Source: Nannocystis bainbridge (GTDB lineage: Bacteria; Myxococcota_A; Polyangia; Nannocystales; Nannocystaceae). From it: a stretch of DNA of 64,000 bases. The DNA is taken from positions 4,192,001 through 4,256,000 of the forward strand of contig NZ_JAQNDL010000001.1 of assembly GCF_028368995.1 (NCBI RefSeq), written 5' to 3'. Position numbers and translations under genes: made by a program. The notes beneath the pieces are model-generated. The model was not told where the DNA came from. It saw only the letters and a program-made list of their open reading frames with translations, and searched no databases. Positions 55,332-64,000 of the stretch are shown one piece after another (position 1 is the first letter of the stretch; each line of letters opens with the position of its first letter).

Positions 55332-58300
55332 ATGAAGCTGTCCCGGCTGTTCACCACCGATCAACCCCGACCTTTCTCCGGCATCGAGTTCGAGCGCCGG
55401 AGCTCGCGGATCACCAACCCTGACGGGACTGTGGTGTTCGAGGCGAGCAACATCCAGGTCCCCAAGGGTTGGTCGCAGGTCGCGGTCGACATCATGGCGC
55501 AGAAGTACTTCCGCAAGGCCGGCGTGCCCGCTCGCCTGCGCAAGGTCGCCGAGGACGGCGTGCCCGAGTGGCTGTGGCGCAGCGAGGCCGACACCGACGC
55601 GCTGGCCGCCCTCCCGCCCGAGCAGCGCTCGGTCGGCGAGGCCGACAGCCGCCAGCTGTTCCACCGCCTCGCCGGCTGCTGGACCTACTGGGGCTTCAAG
55701 CACGGCTACTTCAGCGACGAGGACTCGGCCCGCGCCTTTTACGACGAGCTGACCACCATGCTCGCCGATCAGGCGGTCGCGCCGAACAGCCCGCAGTGGT
55801 TCAACACCGGCCTGCACTGGGCCTACGGCATCACCGGCCCGGCCCAGGGTCACAGCTACTGCGACCCGGTCACCGGTGAGCTCGGCCTGTCGAACAACGC
55901 CTACGAGCGCCCGCAGCCGCACGCCTGCTTCATCTCCTCGGTCAGCGACGACCTCGTCGGCCAGGGCGGCATCATGGACCTGTGGGTCCGCGAGGCTCGC
56001 CTCTTCAAGTACGGCTCGGGCACCGGCACCAACTTCTCCACCCTCCGCGGCGAGGGCGAGCCGCTGTCGGGCGGCGGTCGCAGCAGCGGCCTGATGAGCT
56101 TCCTGAAGATCGGCGACCGCGCCGCCGGGGCGATCAAGAGCGGCGGCACCACCCGGCGCGCCGCCAAGATGGTCATCGTCGACGTCGACCACCCCGACGT
56201 CGAGAAGTTCATCGACTGGAAGGTCATCGAGGAGCAGAAGGTCGCCGCGCTGGTCGCCGGCAGCCGCCTGTGCAACCGCCACCTCAACCTGGTCCTCGGG
56301 GCGTGCCACGACGTCGCCCTCACCGGCGACGACCGCTTCGACCCGCGCAAGAACAAGGGCCTGCGCGCGGCGATCCGCAGCGCCCGCGCCGCCGAGATCC
56401 CCGAGAGCTACGTGCAGCGGGCGATCGCCCTCGCCAAGCAGGGCGCCCGCGAGATCGAGTTCACCGAGTACGACACCAACTGGGACAGCGAGGCCTACGG
56501 CACCGTCTCCGGCCAGAACTCGAACAACTCGGTGCGCGTCACCGACGAGTTCCTGCGCGCCGTCGAGGAGGACAACAGCTGGGACCTCATCCGCCGCAGC
56601 GACCGCAAGGTCCACCGCACCGTGCGGGCGCGCGAGCTGTGGGACAAGGTCACCTTCTCCGCGTGGGCCTGCGCCGACCCCGGCCTGCAGTTCGACACCA
56701 CCATCAACGAGTGGCACACCTGCCCGAACGACGGCCGGATCAACGGGTCGAACCCGTGCTCCGAGTACATGTTCCTCGACGACACGGCCTGCAACCTGGC
56801 GTCGCTGAACCTGGCCAAGTTCCTCACCCGCACCAGCGGCGCCGCCGACCTCGACCTCGACGTCGAGGCCGTGCGTCACGCCTGCAAGCTGTGGACGATC
56901 GTGCTCGAGGTCTCGGTCCTGATGGCCCAGTTCCCGAGCGAGGCGATCGCGGTCCGCAGCTACAAGTACCGCACCCTCGGCCTCGGCTACGCCAACCTCG
57001 GCACCTACTTCATGCTGCGCGGCATCGCCTACGACAGCGAGCTGGCGGTGGCGATCTGCGGCGGCGTCACGGCCCTGATGACCGCGGCCTGCTACAGCAC
57101 CAGCGCCGAGCTGGCGCGCGAGCACGGCCCCTTCCCCGGCTACGCCGCCAACCGCGAGCCGATGCTGCGGGTCATCCGCAACCACCGCCGCGCCGCCTAC
57201 AACGCCTCGCGCGCCGAGTACGAGGGCCTGTCGATCGCGCCGATGGGCATCGCCCAGCACGTGTGCCCGAGCTACCTGCTCAAGGCCGCCCAGGCCGAGT
57301 GGGACGCCGCCCTGCACCTCGGCGAGCAGCACGGCTACCGCAACGCCCAGGTCACCGTCATCGCCCCGACCGGCACCATCGGCCTGCTGATGGACTGCGA
57401 CACCACCGGCATCGAGCCTGACTTCGCCCTCGTGAAGTTCAAGAAGCTCGCCGGTGGCGGCTACTTCAAAATCATCAACCAGTCGGTGCCCGCCGCCCTC
57501 GGCACTCTCGGCTACTCCGAGACGCAGATCACCGACATCGTCCGCTACTGCAAGGGCGCCGGCACCCTCGTCGGCAGCCCGCGGATCTCCCACACCGACC
57601 TCAAGCGCAAGGGCTTCACCGACGAGGTGCTCGCGCGCATCGAGTCGGAGCTGGCCGGCGCCTTCGAGATCGGCTTCGTCTTCAACCGCTACGTCCTCGG
57701 CGACGACTTCTGCCGCGACGTCCTCAAGTTCAGCGACGCCCAGCTCAACGACCCGGGCTTCAACATCCTCGAGGGCCTCGGCTTCTCCGTCGAGGACATC
57801 CAGCGCGCCAACGACTTCGTGTGCGGCACCATGACCGTCGAGGGCGCCCCGCACCTGCGCGCCCAGCACCTGCCGGTGTTCGACTGCGCCAACAAGTGCG
57901 GCCGCTACGGCACCCGCTACATCGCCCCGATGGCGCACGTGCGCATGATGGCCGCCGCCCAGCCGTTCCTGTCCGGCGCGATCAGCAAGACGATCAACAT
58001 GCCGAGCGACGCCACCGTGCGCGAGGTCGAGAGCGTCTACCTCGCCTCGTGGAAGTACGCGCTCAAGGCCAACGCCCTCTACCGCGACGGCAGCAAGCTG
58101 AGCCAGCCGCTGTCGTCCGCGCTCGCGGTCGAGGCCGAGGACGACATGGGCGACGCGCTGGCGACCACGCAGCCGCAGGTGATCGAGAAGGTCACCGAGC
58201 GGATCGTCCACCGCTACCTCGCCAAGCGCCGGCGCATGCCGGACCGCCGCGGTGGTTACACGCAGAAGGCGACCATCGGCGGCCACAAGGTCTACATCCA

Positions 58301-58973
58301 CACCGGCGAGTACCAGGATGGTTCGCTCGGCGAGATCTTCATCGGCATGCACAAGGAGGGCGCCGCCTTCCGCAGCCTGATGAACTGCTTCGCCATCGCC
58401 ATCAGCCTCGGCCTGCAGTACGGCGTCCCGCTCGAGGAGTACGTCGACGCCTTCGTGTTCAGCCGCTTCGAGCCCGCCGGCCCGGTGGTCGGCAACTCGC
58501 GGATCAAGATGTCGACCTCGATCATCGACTACATCTTCCGCGAGCTCGCCGTCACCTACCTCGACCGCAACGAGCTGGCCCACGTCAACCCCGAGGACCT
58601 CGAGCCCGACACGCTCGGCGACCAGAGCCAGAACGAGGCCGTCGAGTTCCAGGACGAAGAGGTCGTCTCGGAGCGCATCGTCACCCCCGGCCCGCTCAAG
58701 CTCAGCGCCAACCTCCCGCGCGGCCCGGTGCCCAGCCAGAAGCGCCACGCGATCGAGGTCGAGGACCGCACCGCCGCCGCCGAACCGGCCCGCGCCGCCA
58801 AGCCGCGCCCGGCCGCCGCCGCTGCCGCCCCCAGCGTCAGCGAGCAGGTCCGCGTCGCCCGCATGTCCGGCTACGAAGGCGACGCTTGCGGCTCGTGCGG
58901 CAGCTTCACGATGGTCCGCAACGGCTCCTGCCTGAAGTGCGTCAGCTGCGGCGCCACCAGCGGCTGCTCGTGA
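55332..58973 (+). CDS. nrdJ: Vitamin B12-dependent (class II) ribonucleotide reductase with TSCPD-type C-terminus
   Basis: [41 protein letters not shown]; C-terminal C..C...[12 protein letters not shown]. Confidence 0.96.
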   Translation: MKLSRLFTTDQPRPFSGIEFERRSSRITNPDGTVVFEASNIQVPKGWSQVAVDIMAQKYFRKAGVPARLRKVAEDGVPEWLWRSEADTDALAALPPEQRSVGEADSRQLFHRLAGCWTYWGFKHGYFSDEDSARAFYDELTTMLADQAVAPNSPQWFNTGLHWAYGITGPAQGHSYCDPVTGELGLSNNAYERPQPHACFISSVSDDLVGQGGIMDLWVREARLFKYGSGTGTNFSTLRGEGEPLSGGGRSSGLMSFLKIGDRAAGAIKSGGTTRRAAKMVIVDVDHPDVEKFIDWKVIEEQKVAALVAGSRLCNRHLNLVLGACHDVALTGDDRFDPRKNKGLRAAIRSARAAEIPESYVQRAIALAKQGAREIEFTEYDTNWDSEAYGTVSGQNSNNSVRVTDEFLRAVEEDNSWDLIRRSDRKVHRTVRARELWDKVTFSAWACADPGLQFDTTINEWHTCPNDGRINGSNPCSEYMFLDDTACNLASLNLAKFLTRTSGAADLDLDVEAVRHACKLWTIVLEVSVLMAQFPSEAIAVRSYKYRTLGLGYANLGTYFMLRGIAYDSELAVAICGGVTALMTAACYSTSAELAREHGPFPGYAANREPMLRVIRNHRRAAYNASRAEYEGLSIAPMGIAQHVCPSYLLKAAQAEWDAALHLGEQHGYRNAQVTVIAPTGTIGLLMDCDTTGIEPDFALVKFKKLAGGGYFKIINQSVPAALGTLGYSETQITDIVRYCKGAGTLVGSPRISHTDLKRKGFTDEVLARIESELAGAFEIGFVFNRYVLGDDFCRDVLKFSDAQLNDPGFNILEGLGFSVEDIQRANDFVCGTMTVEGAPHLRAQHLPVFDCANKCGRYGTRYIAPMAHVRMMAAAQPFLSGAISKTINMPSDATVREVESVYLASWKYALKANALYRDGSKLSQPLSSALAVEAEDDMGDALATTQPQVIEKVTERIVHRYLAKRRRMPDRRGGYTQKATIGGHKVYIHTGEYQDGSLGEIFIGMHKEGAAFRSLMNCFAIAISLGLQYGVPLEEYVDAFVFSRFEPAGPVVGNSRIKMSTSIIDYIFRELAVTYLDRNELAHVNPEDLEPDTLGDQSQNEAVEFQDEEVVSERIVTPGPLKLSANLPRGPVPSQKRHAIEVEDRTAAAEPARAAKPRPAAAAAAPSVSEQVRVARMSGYEGDACGSCGSFTMVRNGSCLKCVSCGATSGCS

Positions 58974-59107
58974 ACGACCGGCGGCGCGCGGATCTTGCCT
59001 TCCAAGCGGGATCCGCGCCTCGCCTCGCTGCACCACTGTTGCTCGCCGGGTGCCCGGCGGTACTCTTGGCCGATGATGATGGCCGGGTCGCCGCGTAGGG
59101 ACACACC

Positions 59108-60496
59108 ATGACAGCCAAGCTCCGCGCCGTCGCGTTGGTCGGGGTGGGCATGCTCTTTGGGGCAGGTCTCTCGGGATATGTCCAATCGGCCATCGCCCAG
59201 CCTGGCGCGCAGGTCGCCCAGTCGGCCCCGGCCGACTACTCGCGCTACCGCAAGCTCGACATGTTCGCGCGGGCGCTGACCATCCTCGAGAATCACTACG
59301 TCCGCCCCGTCGACAGCGAGAAGCTCATCTACGGCGCGATCGCCGGGCTCGTCGCCGAGCTCGACCCGCACAGCGAGTTCCTCCCCCCGCGCGAGGCTCG
59401 CCTGCTCCGCGAGGACATCGAGGGCAGCTTCGGCGGCGTCGGCATGGTCGTCATCCTCCGCCAGGAGACCCAGCCGCAGGCGCGCTACGTCCTCGAGGTC
59501 CGCGAGGTCGTCGCCAAGGGCCCGGCCGAGCGCGCCGGCGTGGTCGTCGGCGACCTCATCCCCTCGATCGAGGGCAAGCCGATCAGCCACTTCTTCGACC
59601 TTCGGCGCGCCATCATGGCGATGCGCGGCGCACCTGGCACGAAGGTCAGCTTCACCCTCGAGCGTCCTGCCCCCAAGGTCGACGGCAAGCCCGGCAAGCC
59701 GAGCGTGCGCAGCCTCGTCGTCACCCGCGAGTACATCGACAGCCCCGCCGTCACCAGCCGCATGCTCGGCGAGGGCCTCGGTCACGTGCGCCTGCGCGAC
59801 TTCTCCGAGACCAGCGGGCGCGAGCTGTCGGCCGCGCTCGCCAGCTTGCGCGACCAATCGCGCGACGGCCTCAGCGGCGTCGTCCTCGACCTGCGCGACA
59901 ACGGCGGCGGCCTGCTCGACCAGGCGATCGCCATCGTCGACCTGTTCGTCAACGAGGGCTCGATCGTCCGCACCCGCGGCCGCCGCGGCGAGCTGCTCGA
60001 CGAAGCCCGCGCCGTCCCTGGCTCGGCCTGGTCCAAGCTCCCGATCGTCGTCCTCGTCAACAAGTCCTCCGCCTCCGCCTCCGAGATCGTCGCCGGTGCG
60101 CTGCAAGATCACCGGCGCGCCCTCATCGTCGGCGAGCGCACCTACGGCAAGGGCTCCGTGCAGGCCCCGTTCGAGCTCGGCGACGGCTCGCTGCTCAAGC
60201 TGACCATCGCCCTCTACTACACTCCCAACGATCGTCTCATCCAGGCCAGCGGGATCCAGCCCGACGTCGTCGTAGGCGCCGACTTCCGGCCTTACAAGGA
60301 CAGCCAGCCCGAGCTCGAGCCCGAGCGCGCCCAGCCGCGGCACCTCAAGCCCGAGGAATTCGGCTACCCCGCCGTCCCGCTGACCGACGACAGCGAGGCC
60401 GTGCGCGGCGCTGCCGAGGACGCCCAGCTGCGCGTCGCCGTGCAGCACCTGCGCGGCCTCGTGCGGGTGCCCGCGCGCGGCGGTCGTCGGAGGTGA
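59108..60496 (+). CDS. ctpA: S41 carboxy-terminal processing protease
   Basis: LDPHS, PDZ, DLRDNGGGLL, SASASEIVAGALQD, TYGKGSVQ. Confidence 0.93.
   Translation: MTAKLRAVALVGVGMLFGAGLSGYVQSAIAQPGAQVAQSAPADYSRYRKLDMFARALTILENHYVRPVDSEKLIYGAIAGLVAELDPHSEFLPPREARLLREDIEGSFGGVGMVVILRQETQPQARYVLEVREVVAKGPAERAGVVVGDLIPSIEGKPISHFFDLRRAIMAMRGAPGTKVSFTLERPAPKVDGKPGKPSVRSLVVTREYIDSPAVTSRMLGEGLGHVRLRDFSETSGRELSAALASLRDQSRDGLSGVVLDLRDNGGGLLDQAIAIVDLFVNEGSIVRTRGRRGELLDEARAVPGSAWSKLPIVVLVNKSSASASEIVAGALQDHRRALIVGERTYGKGSVQAPFELGDGSLLKLTIALYYTPNDRLIQASGIQPDVVVGADFRPYKDSQPELEPERAQPRHLKPEEFGYPAVPLTDDSEAVRGAAEDAQLRVAVQHLRGLVRVPARGGRRR
59146..59197. repeat. In-frame 14-bp-phase cluster in ctpA signal-peptide codons
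   Basis: gggcatgctctttg|gggcaggtctctcg|ggatatgtccaatc|ggccatcgcc. Confidence 0.8.
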
Positions 60497-61449
60497 CTCT
60501 GGACCCGACCGGCGATCGGCTGCTTCGGCCCGCTGCGATGCCGCGGTGGGCTCGCGTCTCCTTGATCGCCTGGTGGGTGCTCGCGGCGCTGCTGTTTTGG
60601 CTCGCACCGGCGCCGCCGCCCGCTCCGCTCGCGGCCGCCGAGGACGAGGCGATCTTCCAGCGCCAGCTCGACGAGACCGTCGCGCGCACGCGTCGCTGGC
60701 AGGACTCGCGCGGCGACCTGACGATCCCCTGGCACCAGGCGCGCGGCCACCTTGCGATCGTCATCGACGACATCGGCCGCGAGCTCCACCACTTCGATCG
60801 GCTGCTCGCGCTGCGCTTCCCTTTGACCTTCAGCGTCGTCCCGGGCGGCGTCTACGCCGTCGGCGCGCAGCTCCGGCTGTGCGGCGACCGTCGCCGGCCG
60901 CGGGAGATCCTCCTTCATCTCCCGAGCGAGCCGCTCGACCCAGACAAGATGACCGCCGGTCCCGAAGCGCGGGAGCAATTCCTCCGCGTGGGCGCCTCGG
61001 CCGACGACCTGCGCGCGGCGCTGCGAGCGGCGCTGGAGCGGGTCCCCACGGCTGTCGGCGTCAACAATCACATGGGCTCGCGGCTCACTGCCGACCGGGC
61101 CGCCATGGACGCGCTGATGCCCGAGCTGTGGGCGCGCGGCCTCTTCTTCCTCGACTCGCGGACGACCGCGCACAGCCAGGGCCTCGCCGCCGCGGACGCC
61201 GCGGGGGTCCCCACGCTCGGGCGCGACGTGTTTTTGGACCACGATCCGCGCCCCGAAGCGATTTTGGCCCAGCTTCGGCAGGCAGCTGCCCGCGCGCGCG
61301 AGGCCCCGACCGTCGTCATTGCCCATCCTTCGCAGGAGGTCGTGGAGGCCCTGCGGACCGAGCTTCCGCGACTGCACCGGGACGGGATCGGCATCTATCC
61401 GCTGCGCGAGATCCTCGCGCGTCGCGGCCTCGACAAAGTGCGGGAGTGA
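60493..61449 (+). CDS. Divergent polysaccharide deacetylase family (YibQ-like)
   Basis: AIVIDDIG, LHLPSEP, NNHMGS, FLDSRT, RDVFLD, IAHP; typical neighbour of ctpA. Confidence 0.9.
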   Translation: MTLDPTGDRLLRPAAMPRWARVSLIAWWVLAALLFWLAPAPPPAPLAAAEDEAIFQRQLDETVARTRRWQDSRGDLTIPWHQARGHLAIVIDDIGRELHHFDRLLALRFPLTFSVVPGGVYAVGAQLRLCGDRRRPREILLHLPSEPLDPDKMTAGPEAREQFLRVGASADDLRAALRAALERVPTAVGVNNHMGSRLTADRAAMDALMPELWARGLFFLDSRTTAHSQGLAAADAAGVPTLGRDVFLDHDPRPEAILAQLRQAAARAREAPTVVIAHPSQEVVEALRTELPRLHRDGIGIYPLREILARRGLDKVRE

Positions 61450-61578
61450 ACGTTGTTATTGCCGAAAGCGGCAGCAACGGCTGGGTTGGCTGGCTCCGAA
61501 CGTGCGGATGCGGAGCCGCGGCGCCGCGGCCTCGCTTGACAGTAATTCGCTGAACTTCCTACCCTGAAGCTCACACGG

Positions 61579-62694
61579 ATGGCCCTGCGACTGATCATCG
61601 AGGACGAAGAGGGCGCGACCACGATCGTGCCGCTCGGAGAAGAGGAGATCACGATCGGTCGGGAGCCAGGGAACACCATCCAGCTCACCGAGCAGAACGT
61701 CTCCCGGCAGCACGCGCGACTCACCCCAGGTTCGGATGGGTGGGTGATCGAGGACCTCGACAGTTACAACGGGGTCCGGGTGAACGGAGTCCTCATCGAG
61801 GGCACGGTCAACCTCAACGAGGGCGACGTGGTGCAGATCGGCGATTACCACCTCGCCATCACCAACAACGCCGAGCAGACGACCCTCAACATCGATCGCC
61901 AGGGAGGCATCGCGGGCACCGATCCGATGCGCGCCGCCCCCAGCATGGATCTGCCGCGGATCCCCGCCAGCGAAGCGGTGGTGATGATCGCTCCGCCGCC
62001 GCCGCTGCCCGATCACTCGCGCGACCGCGACGACGATCGTCACACGGATCAGCCCGCCGAGAACAAGGGTCGCGGCTTGTTGTTCGCGTTGCTCGCGGTG
62101 TTCCTGATCGGTGGCGGACTCGTCGCCTATCAGTTCACGTTGGGCAAGGGTGCCGGCGCCGAGACGCCGAAGGCTCCGAAGGTCGATCCGCCGGCGAAGA
62201 CCGAGGAGCCGCCGCCGCCCGAGCCCAAGCCCGAGGCGAAGGCGCCCGAGCAGGCGCCGCCTGTAGACCCGCCGCTGCCCAACGATCCGGTGCCCGGGGT
62301 GACCGGCGCTCCGCCCGAGGAGCCGCCGCCTGAAAATCCGCTGCCGACCAAGACCGACAAGCCCGCCGTGCCTGCGGTGCCCAAGGGCGAGAAGGTCGTC
62401 AAGCCGCCGGTGACCAAGACCGACAAGCCGCCCGTGCCCAAGGGTGACCCGGTGCAGCTCCTCGAGGACGCGCGCAAGGCCAACCTCGCCGGCAACGCCA
62501 CGCAGGCCTACGACCTGGCCAAGAAGAGCTACGAGATCGACAAGGGCTCGAACGCTCTGGCGCTGATGGGCGCCTCCGCGTGCAAGATGGGCGATCAGGC
62601 CAAGGCCAAGTCGGCCTTCAAGAAGCTGACCGACCCCAACCGCCAGAAGCAGATGGTGTCGGTATGCGCAGAACGAGGCATCGTGCTCGAGTGA
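61579..62694 (+). CDS. FHA domain - TM - Pro-rich - TPR-like protein
   Basis: TIGR...VSRQHA...DLDSYNGVRVNG FHA motifs; TM; C-terminal helical repeat with AC...VC. Confidence 0.88.
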   Translation: MALRLIIEDEEGATTIVPLGEEEITIGREPGNTIQLTEQNVSRQHARLTPGSDGWVIEDLDSYNGVRVNGVLIEGTVNLNEGDVVQIGDYHLAITNNAEQTTLNIDRQGGIAGTDPMRAAPSMDLPRIPASEAVVMIAPPPPLPDHSRDRDDDRHTDQPAENKGRGLLFALLAVFLIGGGLVAYQFTLGKGAGAETPKAPKVDPPAKTEEPPPPEPKPEAKAPEQAPPVDPPLPNDPVPGVTGAPPEEPPPENPLPTKTDKPAVPAVPKGEKVVKPPVTKTDKPPVPKGDPVQLLEDARKANLAGNATQAYDLAKKSYEIDKGSNALALMGASACKMGDQAKAKSAFKKLTDPNRQKQMVSVCAERGIVLE

Positions 62695-64000
62695 GTAGTT
62701 CTTCGGGACATGTCCTGAAGAACAGCCTCTACCTCCTCGCCGCCGCTGCCGCCCTGCTCGCCGCGCCCGTGAGCGCCGCCCCGTGGGAGGACGCCACGGC
62801 GCTCACGATCGGTACCACGGCCGAGTGGACCAACAAGGTCGAGCTCGCCGACATCGACGGCGACGGGCTGGTCGACATCCTGTTCGCCAACGGGGCCGGC
62901 TACGCCTCGCCCGACGATCCCGAGCCGAACCGGGCCTTCCTCAACCGGGGCCCCGGCATGCCGTTCGTCGACGTCAGCGAAGAGGTCTTCGGCCCCGAGC
63001 CTGACTTCACCCGCGCGATCAAGGTGCGCGACCTCGACGGCGACGGCGACCCCGACATCCTGGTCGCCAACACCTTCGAGACTCGGAGCCGGCTCTACCT
63101 CGGCGACGGCCAGGGCGGCTTCGTCGAGGCCAGCGACGACCTCCCGCAGGCTCCGCACAGCTTCGGCGACGTCGAGCTCGGCGACGTCGACGGCGACGGC
63201 GACCTCGACGCCGTGCTCGCCGACTGGGGCCCCGGCGACGCCGGTCAGAGCTCGGGCGTCACTCGTTTGTGGCGCAACGACGGCGGCGTCTTCACCGACG
63301 TCACCACCACCCACATGCCCGACGCTCTGGTCGCCTGGTCGTGGGAGCTCGAGTTCGCCGACGTCGACAACGACCTCGACCTCGACCTGCTCGTCTCGTG
63401 CAAGGCGTGCTCGGGCTCGTACATGTTCGTCAACGACGGCGCCGGCGTGTTCACCGACGCCTCCGACAAGCTGCCGCAGTACGGCAACAACTACGACTTC
63501 GAGGCGATCGATCTGACCGGCGACGGCTGGCTCGACCTCGTCACGATCAACGACGGGCCTGGTGGTCGCGAGCACATCTTCGTCAACGACGGCGCTGGCG
63601 GCTTCGTCGACGCCACCGCCGACCTCTGGCCCGACTTCGAAAACCTCCCTGGCGACGACAACATGCTCGCCTTCCTCGACTACGACAGCGACGGTGACGC
63701 CGACTTCGTGATCGCCGGCCTGTTCGGCAGCGACGACCGCCTGATGCTCAACAGCGGCGACGGCCACCTCGAGGTCGTCGACGCCTTCAAGCCCGCCAAG
63801 TCGATGGGCACCCTCGGCCTCGCCGTCGCCGACCTCGACGGCGACAGGAAGATCGACGTCGTGCTCGCCGAGGGCGAGATCCCCGACAACGCCGACCGCG
63901 TGTTCCTCGGCGTCGACATCGCGGTCGACACCGCCGCCCCGAAGATCTCCCTCGTCACCCTGGTAGACGGCGGCGTGGTCGCGCGGATCCACGACAACAA
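62691..64000 (+). CDS. Secreted FG-GAP/VCBS repeat protein (truncated by window edge)
   Basis: GTG overlapping the upstream TGA; signal peptide; repeated D(I/L/V)DGDGxxD motifs. Not in the supplied ORF track because it has no stop in the window. Confidence 0.85.
   Translation, partial: MSSSSGHVLKNSLYLLAAAAALLAAPVSAAPWEDATALTIGTTAEWTNKVELADIDGDGLVDILFANGAGYASPDDPEPNRAFLNRGPGMPFVDVSEEVFGPEPDFTRAIKVRDLDGDGDPDILVANTFETRSRLYLGDGQGGFVEASDDLPQAPHSFGDVELGDVDGDGDLDAVLADWGPGDAGQSSGVTRLWRNDGGVFTDVTTTHMPDALVAWSWELEFADVDNDLDLDLLVSCKACSGSYMFVNDGAGVFTDASDKLPQYGNNYDFEAIDLTGDGWLDLVTINDGPGGREHIFVNDGAGGFVDATADLWPDFENLPGDDNMLAFLDYDSDGDADFVIAGLFGSDDRLMLNSGDGHLEVVDAFKPAKSMGTLGLAVADLDGDRKIDVVLAEGEIPDNADRVFLGVDIAVDTAAPKISLVTLVDGGVVARIHDN

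Noticed and set aside
55332-58973. Intein or intron in nrdJ
   Set aside because: Catalytic motifs are contiguous (PHACFI, SNPCSE); no intein C1/HN-C boundaries or homing endonuclease motifs seen

Overview
High-GC (~70-75% by eye) chromosomal window from a myxobacterium. A MYXO-CTERM protein, a Pkn-type kinase, FHA/TPR and FG-GAP proteins and Thr/Gly-rich lipoproteins point to a Nannocystis-like organism (inference). It holds about 50 mostly housekeeping or envelope genes, including grxC, hslO, an HtrA protease, ybaK, Mini-III, uvrC, rseP, ssb, ttcA, yjbQ, ate, miaE, a two-component pair, a desaturase, a YhaO/YhaN-type nuclease pair, asnB, tRNA-Asp, nrdJ with tandem NrdR boxes and ctpA. I saw no integrase, transposase or CRISPR array. 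The standout signal is not a gene. A 10-bp palindrome, GGACATGTCC, and degenerate variants recur in a 14-bp phase (GGACATGTCC-N4)n, in roughly 45 clusters of 1-9 units found by manual scan. Clusters lie at 8 of the 9 convergent gene junctions, in promoter regions, and inside coding sequences in all reading frames. Paralog comparison indicates the coding copies arose by substitution, not insertion. This suggests an undescribed chromosome-wide DNA code, such as a protein-binding lattice or an uptake/HIP-like sequence. Secondary leads are two tandem PHM/DBH-like copper monooxygenase-cytochrome c lipoproteins, an orphan lipidated EGKCG-repeat RiPP-like precursor, a headless CCA-type HD protein, a degenerate RluA, and a ~19-kb strand-asymmetric C-rich tract. 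Start codons are my best choices and have not been verified.
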